Shown: positions 1-9,829, numbered from the stretch's first letter. The stretch is DNA of 40,480 bases from an uncultured Bacilli bacterium (GCA_934090775.1 CAKOKF010000001.1:1-40480); one strand, 5' to 3'. Notes: generated by a model from the letters alone, not told the origin. Numbers and translations are program-made.

Positions 1-30
1 CGATCAAAAAGTATTTCAGGAATTTTTAGA

Positions 31-1475
31 TTAAGTAGGCTTAACAACCTGCTTTTTTAAATGTTTATTATAATAATTATTTAAAATATCTTCCAAAGTT
101 ACCTTAAAATCCAATAATATATCTTGACTACTCATACTAAAAATAGGATTTAAGACGCCATTTATCGTAAGTGGAATATTATTATCTTTTAAATACTCTA
201 TTTTACTAATAAACTCAATATAAGAGATTCTTTTTATTATTTTATCATTTAATTTTGTATCAATTCCGTATTGATTGCATATTTTTTCAATTGCTTTCCT
301 ATTTTCTTTAGTTGGCCATACCAAACCCATTTTCGTTAAAATTAAAGCATTTTCACTCAAAGGATTAACCAAATGTCTAAAATTACTTAACCACCTAGAC
401 AAATTAAATTGACCTCCTTCAGTAAAAGTATAGCCATCAATAGTCGTAAAATTATAGGGAACTTGTAAATTACCATAATGTTTATAATATGCTAAAAGAT
501 AAGGATATGTCTCATCAAAAGATACTTGAATTTTTCAAATCATGCCGATTTTATTTAACAGTTTTATTTCTTCTGGCTCTAATTTTTGTTTACAAGTTCT
601 CCCATTGTCAGGATTAGTATTATTCTTATATTTTTTTCGTTGTGAATTTATCCAGTTGCCAAGGTTAACTAGATTGCCTTGGATATCATAATAAGCATAG
701 TGCTGGTACCTTTAAATTTTTAAACTTTTCATGATATTTTTTAGCTTCTCTATACACCATCATCCAGGTATATTTAGTTTTCCCAAACTCTTTAATTTTA
801 ATAAATTCTAGGGCCTTTATTTGTTCAGTAGATAAACTTTTTTCTATTCTAAATATTTAATTTTATTTTGTACAAGCCAATCATAAGCACTAAATTTTTC
901 TCCATTAGGAAGTATTAACTTTTGGTTTTTGGGCATTATTAAACTTTGATTCTAGGCTTTAAATTCTAGAACATATTATATTTAAGCTACTAAACTCTTT
1001 CATCATAAGCGAGCCAATCAATACCTAAATCTTCAAGCATTTTAATTTTTTCATCGCTTAAACGCCATTTATTATATTTAGTTTTAGCTGTTCCTTGAGC
1101 ATTTTTATAATTGTCTTTTTGATTAGCAAGCCATCTACCTAAATGTATCTCTTTACCATCAATAATTAATTTATAACCAGGTTTAATATTAATATTATTA
1201 TTTTTATCCTTATAATCTTTAACTAAATTATACATAAAAAGCCAATTATCATCTAAAGAATTCCAAGAAATTTTTAAATTAGAGAAAGCCTCAATTTCTC
1301 TAGGGCTTAATATTCCTCTTCAATATTTTTGTCTCAATGAATTAACAAAGTAGCCAAGAGGAAATATTGTTCCATCATAAAGAGTTACTTTATAATTAAT
1401 GGGAACATTTATATTTTTATGTTGAAAATAATAATTCATTAACAAATCACTATATAAATTTAAATCGTATTTCAT
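31..1475 (-). pseudogene. Decayed paralog of the upstream HA (helicase-associated domain) repeat protein
   Basis: The minus-strand translation reconstructs five HA-type repeats (W..y..l..f...vp....LG.W...Q....g.L..e.i..L..iG..W) plus the same C-terminal module as the intact gene at 1472..3241. The frame is broken by in-frame TGA 1320-1322, TAG 990-992, TAG 952-954 and TGA 535-537; the last replaces the conserved Trp of ...KIGMIW. Frame changes occur near 960-990, 845-865 (next to a 6-nt homopolymer at 838-843) and 705-715. The ATG at 1475-1473 overlaps the upstream stop (ATGA) and has AGGAG 6 nt upstream. ORF-track fragments 31..402 and 990..1235 are pieces of this gene. Confidence 0.65.
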
Positions 1476-3241
1476 CGAGTTCTCCTAACTAAATTAAGTC
1501 GATTTTGATATTTTTCCATCACATCTTCTAACTTTATAGATTCATTTTCTGTAGATGGTAAAATATCGTTAATAATAATAGGATTTAATTTGTTTTCTAT
1601 AGTCAAAGGTAGACCATTATCTTTGCAATAACATATCATAGCATTCATAATTAAAGTAGAACGAGTATCTAATATTTCTTTATTAACATAAGCCGAAAGA
1701 CCATAATGTTCAAAGAGTAAGACATTATTAAAATGATTTTCTTCTCTATCCCATATCATGCCAATTTTATCTAAAAGATTAATTTTCTCTGGTGTTAAAT
1801 TACCTTTTACACGATCTTTCTTTTGTCTATTTAACCAATTCCATAATCTTTTCTTAGCAGGATCTTTTTGAATTTCTGATTTTGCGACTACATATAAATA
1901 GTGATGTTCTTCAAAGTATCTAACAGCATCTTGATAATTTTCTTGCCATTGAACCTCGTTAATATCCCAATCAGTTTCAAGTTCATTTAACTTACTCGCT
2001 TTATCATCACTTAAGCCAATAACATTATGTCTATTTCTTTGATTTCTTAGCCAATAGCCTGGCGCTAAAGAAACTCCACCATCAGTAGTAACATGATAAT
2101 CTTTTGGAATTGCTAAAGTATGATTTTGTTCTTTATATTTTTTAACTTCTTCTAAATTTAGTTGCCATAAATCTTTGGTAGTTAGTCCTTTTTTCCAAAT
2201 CATTTTAATATCATCTAAAGCTTGGATTTGCTCTGGAAATAGTTTATTTTGACGGCGATTTTGACGTTGCTCATGAATCCAACTTCCAAGATGAACAGTT
2301 TCGCCATAATAACCTACTACGTCTTTAGTTTCTACTAAATCTAAATTTTCAAACTTTTTAAAATATTTATAGGCTACAGCATATTTATAGCACCATCTTT
2401 CTTGGATAAGTATTTCTTCTACTTTAGGTGGTAATATTTCCATCACAGAATTATTTTTAACAGCTTGAATCCATCGCATGCAATTATGATAGCGAATAAC
2501 CGTTAGATAAGTAGAATGATTTTCATCAATAGTAATATCAATTCCTTTTAAAGCAGTGATTTGTTCATTAAACAAACTCTTATTTAACCCTGCTTTTATC
2601 TGTGTTCGTAACCACGTCCCTATTTTTACATCATCACCATAATAATCTCTAATAATTATTTTACTATTTATAAGTGGTTTTTTAGTTTGCAAATAGCAAG
2701 TATAAACTAAACTATAATAATACCACCAACAATCACCAAGTCCCAATTTTGATTTGGTTTGAGGCAAAATTTCCTTAATTGTGTTGTTAGCTAATGCCTG
2801 TAACCATTTTTGAGATGTTGTTGAATCAACCGTAACAGCATTTTGCATTCTATTTTGAATGTCTTTAATAGCAAAGACTTGATATTTATTTAACTTTTTT
2901 TGTTCAATCAATTGAATTTGTTGAATAAACCAATTTTCAGCCAAAAATGGTTCATTATAATAGCCTAACATTGCCTGACTTTTAGGAGCATTATTATTTT
3001 CATTTGTTAGTAAAAGTTTCTTCACTAATGCAAAATTATACCACCATATCTCAAAGAAATCTAATTCCTCTTTAGTAGCTGGTAATATATCTTCAACTTT
3101 ATTATTTTCAATAGCCATTAACCATTTTTTCGCAACAAATTCTTGTTTTTGACGATTTATGCTGGCAATATTTTGTGATAAACCTCTATCATTATCCGCT
3201 AACAATAAAATATCACCTTTCATATTAGTACTACTGTTCAT
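1472..3241 (-). CDS. Stand-alone protein of five helicase-associated (HA) domain-like repeats plus a C-terminal module of unknown function
   Basis: ORF track gives 1472..3280. I place the start at ATG 3241 (MNSSTNMKGD...), with GGGGAG 5 nt upstream. Repeats end in motifs such as GYWLRNQRNRHNVIGLSDDKASKLNELETDW, LWNWLNRQKKDRVKGNLTPEKINLLDKIGMIW and LGSWIHEQRQNRRQNKLFPEQIQALDDIKMIW. There are no helicase motifs and no TM segments. Confidence 0.75.
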   Translation of the reverse strand: MNSSTNMKGDILLLADNDRGLSQNIASINRQKQEFVAKKWLMAIENNKVEDILPATKEELDFFEIWWYNFALVKKLLLTNENNNAPKSQAMLGYYNEPFLAENWFIQQIQLIEQKKLNKYQVFAIKDIQNRMQNAVTVDSTTSQKWLQALANNTIKEILPQTKSKLGLGDCWWYYYSLVYTCYLQTKKPLINSKIIIRDYYGDDVKIGTWLRTQIKAGLNKSLFNEQITALKGIDITIDENHSTYLTVIRYHNCMRWIQAVKNNSVMEILPPKVEEILIQERWCYKYAVAYKYFKKFENLDLVETKDVVGYYGETVHLGSWIHEQRQNRRQNKLFPEQIQALDDIKMIWKKGLTTKDLWQLNLEEVKKYKEQNHTLAIPKDYHVTTDGGVSLAPGYWLRNQRNRHNVIGLSDDKASKLNELETDWDINEVQWQENYQDAVRYFEEHHYLYVVAKSEIQKDPAKKRLWNWLNRQKKDRVKGNLTPEKINLLDKIGMIWDREENHFNNVLLFEHYGLSAYVNKEILDTRSTLIMNAMICYCKDNGLPLTIENKLNPIIINDILPSTENESIKLEDVMEKYQNRLNLVRRTR

Positions 3242-3270
3242 AAAAACTCCCCTTCTTTTAACGTAGAAAT

Positions 3271-3299
3271 ATCCTACCACTTTTATTTACAAAATGCAA
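3271..3299 (-). promoter_or_regulatory. Candidate sigmaA promoter for the HA-repeat gene
   Basis: On the minus strand, TTGCAT (3299-3294), a 17-nt spacer, then TAGGAT (3276-3271) preceded by TGg. It lies between the ileS terminator and the HA gene RBS. Confidence 0.35.
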
Positions 3300-3311
3300 A
3301 TTATTTTTTAT

Positions 3312-3348
3312 CAAAATTAAAAAAATATTCTATTTCTAGAATATTTTT
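3312..3348 (-). terminator. Rho-independent terminator downstream of ileS
   Basis: 12-bp AU-rich stem (3321-3332 pairs with 3337-3348), 4-nt loop, followed on the minus strand by TTAATTTT. Confidence 0.55.
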
Positions 3349-3358
3349 CCTATAAAAT

Positions 3359-6300
3359 CTATTTTTTACTTATTTCTAAGGTACAATCTTCGCCATTAAT
3401 ATCATAATGATTACTAGTTTCTTCTAAAATTAAAGCATCAGCTAAAGTTTCTTGCTTAATAAATTTATCAAATTTAGTAAAACATTTCTTTATTTTTTCA
3501 TTACCATTATATAAAACTTTAATATGATCTTGAATATCTAAATCCATTTCTTTACGCATATTTTGTAATTTAGAAACAACTTCTCTAGCCATCCCTTCAA
3601 GCAATAATTCATCAGTCAAAGTTGTATCTAAAATAACAAAGTCACGACCATTCATAGCAACATCAAAGCCTTCTTTAGCTTCAATCCTAACATCTATCAT
3701 CTCATTAGTAATATCTAAATCTTTATTTAAGAAAGTAACAGTTAATGTTTCTTTATTATTTAGCTTTAACTTATCCTCTTCACCTAAATTTAATAATAAA
3801 TCTTGATAAGCTTTAATATCTTTGCCAAACATAGCGCCAGCTACTCTAAAATTAGGTTTAATAGTCAAATTCATATATTTACCCAAATCTTTAGTAAACT
3901 CTAAAGTTTTGACATTTAATTCTTCCGTAATCAGATCAGTTAAATCTCCTAGTAATTCTTCTAATTTGCCATCAATAATAACAGTAGCAAGAGGAATTCT
4001 TACCTTTATCTTACTATCTTCTCTAGCATTACGTCCTAAAGAAATTAAGTCTCTTACTTTATCCATTTTCTCTTCAATATTTATATTAATATATTCTTCA
4101 TTAACTACTGGATAATTGCTTAAATGAACTGACTCCTCATTAGTTAAGTTGCGATACATTTCTTCAGAAAGATAAGGTACTATTGGTGCAATAAGTTTAG
4201 ATAAACCAACTAAAACATCATAAGTAGTCTTATAAACTGCCTTTTTACTAGTTGTTAACTCACTAGCCCAGAAACGGTTACGATTACGACGAATATACCA
4301 ATTAGATAAATCTTCGCAAACAAAATCAGTTAAATAATGAACAACTTTATTTAAATCATATTCATCAAAAGACGCTCTAACATTTTTAACTAAAGTATTA
4401 TATTTAGAAAGTAACCATTTATCAATTAGATCTAATTCTTCGTATTTAACATCACATAAGTTAGTATCAATCTTATCAGCATTAGCATACATAACAAAGA
4501 AATTATAAGTATTCTTAAGTGGATTAAAGAACTTAGAGTGTACTTCTTTTAAACCGTCGAATGAGAACTTAAGAGGTGTCCATACTGGCGAAACATAAGG
4601 TAAATAGAATCTTACTTCATCAGCACCAAATTCTTCAATAGTCTTAAAAGGTTCAACAATATTGCCACGAGATTTACTCATCTTCTTACCTTCACCATCT
4701 AAAAGTAAATCATTTACTAAAACATTACGATAAGGAGCACGTCCCATAACAAATGTAGAAATTACTATTAATGTATAGAACCAACCTCTTGTTTGATCAA
4801 TTCCTTCACAAATAAAGTCAGCTGGAAATTGAGTTTCAAATAATTCCTTATTTTCAAATGGATAATGATATTGAGCAAATGGCATTGAACCAGAGTCAAA
4901 CCAACAGTCTAAAACATCAGGAATACGTTCCATAACGCCACCACACTTTGGGCAAGTTAAATGAACAGTATCAATGTATGGCTTATGTAGATCAAAGTCT
5001 TCTGGCAATTTTTCGATACTACGATTTCTTAATTCTTCAATACTTCCTAACATTTCATTATGACCACAACTACATTTAAAGAATGGAATTGGTGAACCCC
5101 AAAAACGACTACGAGAAATATTCCAGTCTTTAGCATTACTTAACCAATTAGCAAATCGCTTTTCTCCAACATAATCAGGATACCAATTTACTTCTTTATT
5201 AGCCTCTACTAACTTATCTTTAAACGCTGATACCTTAATATAATAACTAGGCATTGTGTAATAAATAAGTGGTGTATGGCATCTCCAACAATGTGGATAA
5301 TCATGAGTTATCTTTTGTTTTCTAAAGAGCTTATTATTTTCTTTTAAATAAGTAACAACATCATCAGTACAATCGAAAACAAACTTACCAGCCCATGGTC
5401 CTTCCGTATAACAACCATCTTTACCAACTGGATTAACGATTGGAACACCATATTTATTACATACGTTAGCATCATCAACACCGAAAGCCCCAGCTATATG
5501 GACAATACCAGTACCATCAGATGCTGTAACATAATCATCACACATAACAAAGAAAGCTTTGCCATCAACATTTATTTCCGGTATTAGTTGTTCATATTCC
5601 GTAAATTCTAAATTCTTACCCTTAAATTTTTCCAAAATTTCAACTTCTTTGTCTTGGAAAACATTAGCAATTAAACTTTCCGCAACGACATACTTAGTAC
5701 CATCTACTAAAACTTTTACATAATCCATTTTTGGATTAACACATAATCCAACATTCGCTAGTAAAGTCCAAGGTGTTGTTGTCCAAGCTAGAAAATAAGT
5801 ATCACTATTTTTTATTTTAAATGGTACATATAAAGTAGTTGCTGACTCCGATACATATTCCTGAGCAACTTCATGAGTAGCAAGACCAGTACCACAGTGA
5901 GGACAATATGGAACTACTCTAGTTCCTTCATAGAAATATCCCTCTTCAAAAAATTTCTTTAAAATCCACCATTCTGTTTCAATATACTCATTTTTATAAG
6001 TTAAATATGGATGATCAACATCAATAAATTGTCCCATTTTACTAGTAAGTCTTGTAAAAGCAGCTTCATTTTCAGCTACACTATTACGGCACTCTTGATT
6101 AAATTTATCAACGCCAAGTTCTAAGATTTCTTTCTTTGAAGAAATTCCTAATTTTTTCTCAACATGATTTTCAATAGGTAGACCATGAGTATCCCAACCT
6201 ACTTTTCTTAACACTTTTTTACCATTCATGGCATGATATTTACAAATTGAATCTTTTAAATTCTTAGCAACCATATGATGAAGTCCTGGAAAACCATTAG

Positions 6301-6454
6301 CAAACGCTGGTCCATCATAAAAAACAAAATTATCACAATCATTATGAACTTCATTTTGGCGATTTAAAATATTAACGATGCCACCCCAACTTTGTAAAAT
6401 GTCATTTTCAACAACACTAGTTGGTCTTTTGTCTAAATTTTTAAAATTTTTCAT
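3359..6454 (-). CDS. ileS: Isoleucyl-tRNA synthetase (long form, about 1030 aa)
   Basis: Class I motifs are present: the HIGH region appears as PGLHHMV, plus GWDTHGLP and KKMSKSRGN. Zn-type Cys pairs are present (CPHCGT, CWRCHTP, CPKCGG). The start is moved from the track GTG 6514, which lies inside the T-box terminator, to ATG 6454 with a GAGGAGGAG RBS. Confidence 0.95.
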   Translation of the reverse strand: MKNFKNLDKRPTSVVENDILQSWGGIVNILNRQNEVHNDCDNFVFYDGPAFANGFPGLHHMVAKNLKDSICKYHAMNGKKVLRKVGWDTHGLPIENHVEKKLGISSKKEILELGVDKFNQECRNSVAENEAAFTRLTSKMGQFIDVDHPYLTYKNEYIETEWWILKKFFEEGYFYEGTRVVPYCPHCGTGLATHEVAQEYVSESATTLYVPFKIKNSDTYFLAWTTTPWTLLANVGLCVNPKMDYVKVLVDGTKYVVAESLIANVFQDKEVEILEKFKGKNLEFTEYEQLIPEINVDGKAFFVMCDDYVTASDGTGIVHIAGAFGVDDANVCNKYGVPIVNPVGKDGCYTEGPWAGKFVFDCTDDVVTYLKENNKLFRKQKITHDYPHCWRCHTPLIYYTMPSYYIKVSAFKDKLVEANKEVNWYPDYVGEKRFANWLSNAKDWNISRSRFWGSPIPFFKCSCGHNEMLGSIEELRNRSIEKLPEDFDLHKPYIDTVHLTCPKCGGVMERIPDVLDCWFDSGSMPFAQYHYPFENKELFETQFPADFICEGIDQTRGWFYTLIVISTFVMGRAPYRNVLVNDLLLDGEGKKMSKSRGNIVEPFKTIEEFGADEVRFYLPYVSPVWTPLKFSFDGLKEVHSKFFNPLKNTYNFFVMYANADKIDTNLCDVKYEELDLIDKWLLSKYNTLVKNVRASFDEYDLNKVVHYLTDFVCEDLSNWYIRRNRNRFWASELTTSKKAVYKTTYDVLVGLSKLIAPIVPYLSEEMYRNLTNEESVHLSNYPVVNEEYININIEEKMDKVRDLISLGRNAREDSKIKVRIPLATVIIDGKLEELLGDLTDLITEELNVKTLEFTKDLGKYMNLTIKPNFRVAGAMFGKDIKAYQDLLLNLGEEDKLKLNNKETLTVTFLNKDLDITNEMIDVRIEAKEGFDVAMNGRDFVILDTTLTDELLLEGMAREVVSKLQNMRKEMDLDIQDHIKVLYNGNEKIKKCFTKFDKFIKQETLADALILEETSNHYDINGEDCTLEISKK

Positions 6455-6475
6455 ACATTCTCCTCCTCTATATGA

Positions 6476-6684
6476 TAAAAAAAGAAAAAATCCCATAACA
6501 TAAGGACGAATCACCGCGGTACCACCTTATTTTATGAGATATCATACACTCTTACTTTTAACGCAAGTTAAACGGCTTTAAGCACATCAAAAAGTGATTC
6601 AAAATAAACTAATTTATTGCCTTTCACCAAACGACAACTCTCTTTAAAATATCATTTATTTTCGTCTTTTTTCATCTGATTTAC
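6476..6684 (-). promoter_or_regulatory. T-box leader (tRNA-Ile responsive) controlling ileS
   Basis: On the minus strand: an AGAGAG...GGTGAAAGG stem I region, and a candidate specifier GAA-AUC-A (ATC at 6598-6596). The conserved T-box core AAGGTGGTACCGCGG appears as plus-strand ccgcggtaccacc at 6514-6526. A 16-bp terminator helix (6490-6505 pairs with 6525-6540; one mismatch, one GU) is followed by TTTTTTCTTTTTTT just before the ileS RBS. Confidence 0.9.
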
Positions 6685-6690
6685 TGCTTC

Positions 6691-6719
6691 ATTATACATC
6701 AAGTATTTTATTCTTGCAA
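6691..6719 (-). promoter_or_regulatory. SigmaA-type promoter of the ileS T-box leader
   Basis: TTGCAA (6719-6714), a 17-nt spacer, then TATAAT (6696-6691) on the minus strand, directly upstream of the leader. Confidence 0.6.
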
Positions 6720-6749
6720 GCATTTTAATATTGCGATTAAATAAATTTC

Positions 6750-6781
6750 TAACTTTCCATTTTCCTAATTACGGAAAGTTA
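6750..6781. repeat. Inverted repeat (9-bp arms, 14-nt spacer) in the divergent ileS / ATPase control region
   Basis: TAACTTTCC (6750-6758) pairs with GGAAAGTTA (6773-6781). No U-tract follows on either strand, so it looks more like an operator or structural element than a terminator. Function unknown. Confidence 0.5.
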
Positions 6782-7064
6782 ATCCTAAAAAACTACTATT
6801 TACTTATTAATATATACAGTATAATACATATTATTACTTAGAAAATATGACCACGCTAAGGAGTGACCAAACTAATATGCTTTTATTTTTTACTTTTCCA
6901 ATCTTCTTTAAATTTTTCATAGTAATTTTATCATTTTTTAATTAATCACCTCTACTATAAATTTGAACTCTTACAACCAAATTATATAATTACTGCTTCA
7001 AATTTATTTGAATTATGTTACAATTAAATTAAAACAATAATTATAGTAAGGAGCATGCATAAAA

Positions 7065-9668
7065 ATGAAATTTTATAGTTTAGATATTGAAGAAACATTA
7101 AAAAAGTTAAATTCTAATAAAAATGGCCTTTCAAATGAAGAAGTGCAAAAAAGGTTAAAAAAAAATGGGAGAAATAAAATTATAGAAAAGAAAAAAGAAT
7201 CATATTTTTCAAAATTTTTAAATGAATTTAAAGATTTAATGATTATTATTTTAATATTATCAGCCATTGTATCCTTCATATTATCTATTTTAAATAATGA
7301 ATCCTTTATAGATAGTCTTATTATTTTAGCAATCGTCATACTAAATGCTATACTCGGATTTATTCAAGAACTAAAAGCTGATAAAGCAATAGAATCATTA
7401 AAAAAAATGCAAATAACAACAATTAAAGTAAAAAGAAATAATAAAATATATGTTGTAAATAGTGAAAATATCGTTAAAGGCGACATTTTAGTGCTTGAAG
7501 CCGGAGACACTATACCAGCTGATGCGAGAATTATTTGGGAAGCATCACTAAAAGTTGATGAATCAGCTCTAACCGGAGAATCAATTCCCGTTTCTAAAAA
7601 TATCACTATTCTAAAAGAAAATACCGTTTTAGCACAAAGAAAAAATATGATTTATTTTGGAACAAATATTGTTTATGGCAAATGTCAAGCAGTTGTATGT
7701 GAAACAGGTTTAAATACAGAATTTGGTCTCATTGCAAAATATTTAAACAATGAAGAAAAAGAAATAACACCGCTACAAAGAAAAATTGATGGAATCAGCA
7801 AATTTTTATCAATAATTATATTTTTAATAATAGTAATTATGTTTATAATTGGATTCATCAAAGGTATGGATATAAAAGAAGTTATTATGTTATCAATCTC
7901 ACTAGCTGTTGCAGCTATACCGGAAGGACTTCCAGCAGTTATAACAATTACCCTATCATTAGGCATGAGTACCATGGCCAAAAAACACGCAATTGTAAGA
8001 AAAATGTCTAGTGTAGAAACACTTGGTTCTATAGAAGTAATTTGTTCTGATAAAACAGGAACTATTACTCAAAATAAAATGAAAGTTCAAGAAGTTTACT
8101 ACAACAACAAAATATGTTCATATAATGATTTAGATAAAAATAACATATTATTATCAATTATGGCACTTAATAATGATACTGAAAAAAGTAATAATAATTA
8201 TATTGGTGATCCGACCGAAATTGCACTTTATGAAGCATGTGAAGAATGTCTAAACATTAATAAATTAATAGATAATAATAAGAGAATTGATGAATTACCA
8301 TTTGACTCTAATAGAAAAATGATGTCTACAATAAATAAAAATGAAAATAATTTTATTTTATATACAAAAGGAAGTTTTGATTCAATAATTAAACATTGTT
8401 TATATATTTATGAAGATAATAATATTAAAGAATTAACTAAAGAAGATATTAATAAATTAAAAGAAATAGAAAGACAAGAATCGAATAAAGCTTATAGAGT
8501 TTTAGCGTATGCTTATAAAAAAATAGACGAATCATACATTCTAGATAAATCTTTAGAAAATAAACTTATTTTCGTTGGAATGACCGCTATGATAGATCCA
8601 CCAAGAGTTGATGTTAAAGAGGCCATAAATGAATGTAAAATAGCACATATTAAGCCAGTAATGATTACAGGAGATAGTTTATCTACTGCTACTTCCATTG
8701 CTAAAAAAATAGGCATTTTAGCTAATGAAAGCGAAGCTATTACTGGTGAACTTCTAGATAAAATGAGTAAAGAAGAATTAGTAAAAAATATTAGCAATTA
8801 TTCCGTCTACGCAAGAGTTAGTCCAATGAATAAACTTGCTATTGTCAATGCTTGGAAACAAAATGGAAAAATTGTTGCTATGGCTGGTGATGGCGTTAAT
8901 GATGCCCCTGCTTTAAAAAGTGCAGACATTGGTGTTGGAATGGGAATAACTGGGACAGAGGTTTCAAAAGGAGTTTCAGATATTATTCTTGCTGATGATA
9001 GTTTTTCAACAATTGTTACTGCAGTAAAAGAAGGAAGAAGAATTTTTGATAATATAAGAAATGTTTTAGTTTATCTTCTTACTGGAAATATTGCAGAAAT
9101 ATTAGTTGTATTTATTGGAACGTTATGTGGCATGGAAATATTTTTACCAATCCAACTTTTATATGTTAATTTAATAACGGATTCCATTCCGGCTATTGCA
9201 CTAGCATTTGAAAGTAGTGAAAAAAACATTATGCATAAAAAAAGTCCAAAAAATAACGGCTCATTTTTCACACCTTTTTTAATAGCAAAGATAAGTCTTT
9301 CAGCACTTTTAAAAACGATTGCCATAACACTAGTTTATTTTATAAATATAAAATTATATAATAAAGAAGTTGCAACGACAATGGCATTTTTAACATTAAT
9401 ATTATTAGAAGTGATTTTTGCCTATTCATGTAGGAATTTAAAAAAGAATATAATTAACAAAAATTTGTTTAGCAACAAATATATGAATAAAAGTATATTT
9501 GCACTTGGTATAATCCAAATCATTATTTTTATTACCCCACTAAAAAGTATCTTTAATATTGTAGATTTAAAATTGTTTCAAGTTATTTATTGCTTTGTAG
9601 TAGTTATATTACTATTTCTAACTGATGAATTGTCAAAAAATATAATTATTAAATTATTTAAAGATTAA
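7065..9668 (+). CDS. P-type cation-transporting ATPase, Ca2+-ATPase (P2A, YloB/SERCA-like) type
   Basis: Motifs LTGES, the phosphorylation site CSDKTGTITQNKM, IPEGLPAV in TM4, TGD and GDGVNDAPALK are present, with about 10 hydrophobic segments. RBS AAGGAG lies upstream of the ATG. Confidence 0.9.
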   Translation: MKFYSLDIEETLKKLNSNKNGLSNEEVQKRLKKNGRNKIIEKKKESYFSKFLNEFKDLMIIILILSAIVSFILSILNNESFIDSLIILAIVILNAILGFIQELKADKAIESLKKMQITTIKVKRNNKIYVVNSENIVKGDILVLEAGDTIPADARIIWEASLKVDESALTGESIPVSKNITILKENTVLAQRKNMIYFGTNIVYGKCQAVVCETGLNTEFGLIAKYLNNEEKEITPLQRKIDGISKFLSIIIFLIIVIMFIIGFIKGMDIKEVIMLSISLAVAAIPEGLPAVITITLSLGMSTMAKKHAIVRKMSSVETLGSIEVICSDKTGTITQNKMKVQEVYYNNKICSYNDLDKNNILLSIMALNNDTEKSNNNYIGDPTEIALYEACEECLNINKLIDNNKRIDELPFDSNRKMMSTINKNENNFILYTKGSFDSIIKHCLYIYEDNNIKELTKEDINKLKEIERQESNKAYRVLAYAYKKIDESYILDKSLENKLIFVGMTAMIDPPRVDVKEAINECKIAHIKPVMITGDSLSTATSIAKKIGILANESEAITGELLDKMSKEELVKNISNYSVYARVSPMNKLAIVNAWKQNGKIVAMAGDGVNDAPALKSADIGVGMGITGTEVSKGVSDIILADDSFSTIVTAVKEGRRIFDNIRNVLVYLLTGNIAEILVVFIGTLCGMEIFLPIQLLYVNLITDSIPAIALAFESSEKNIMHKKSPKNNGSFFTPFLIAKISLSALLKTIAITLVYFINIKLYNKEVATTMAFLTLILLEVIFAYSCRNLKKNIINKNLFSNKYMNKSIFALGIIQIIIFITPLKSIFNIVDLKLFQVIYCFVVVILLFLTDELSKNIIIKLFKD

Positions 9669-9717
9669 AATAATATATGGTAATACATATATAGTTTAAT
9701 AAAGAAAAAATATAAAA

Positions 9718-9768
9718 AGACTAGGTTTTTATTTTATCCGTCAAAAGATAGCATACATAACCTAGTTT
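9718..9768. terminator. Possible bidirectional terminator between the convergent ATPase and sigma-like genes
   Basis: 10-bp stem (9718-9727 pairs with 9759-9768, one GU) with an unusually long 31-nt loop. It is T-rich on the minus-strand side (CTTTTTATATTTTTTC) and weaker on the plus side (ATTTATAATT). Confidence 0.35.
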
Positions 9769-9829
9769 ATTTATAATTATTAGAGTTAAAGCCCATTTAA
9801 TCATTCAGTACCATTACACTATTTCAATT

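Noticed and set aside
535-1322. In-frame TGA codons (535-537 at a conserved Trp position; 1320-1322) could mean TGA is read as Trp (Mollicutes-type genetic code 4).
   Set aside because: The same region also has in-frame TAG stops and three frame shifts, so it is simply a pseudogene. All housekeeping genes in the window encode Trp with TGG. Several well-delimited genes end at TGA at the expected length: the HA gene at 1472, lspA, ybeY, the VanZ-like gene, era, the mutase at 12292, and the sigma-like gene at 9830.
3331-3360. CTAGAATAT resembles part of the Firmicute dif site, and a Xer recombinase gene is present in the window.
   Set aside because: Only about 9 nt match. The XerD-arm half (TTATGTAAACT-like) is absent, and the sequence is fully explained as the arm of the ileS terminator hairpin. 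The flanks of the xer gene itself (29911-30010, 30884-30949) also lack a convincing 28-nt dif-like imperfect palindrome.
6841-6870. A possible metal riboswitch (yybP-ykoY-like) or operator upstream of the P-type ATPase. GGAGTGACC was noticed, along with a direct repeat of TGACCA at 6848 and 6864.
   Set aside because: The conserved GGGGAGUAG-type loops and the four-helix layout are not present. The GGAG is better explained as the RBS of the short uORF. A 6-nt direct repeat at 16-nt spacing is weak evidence.
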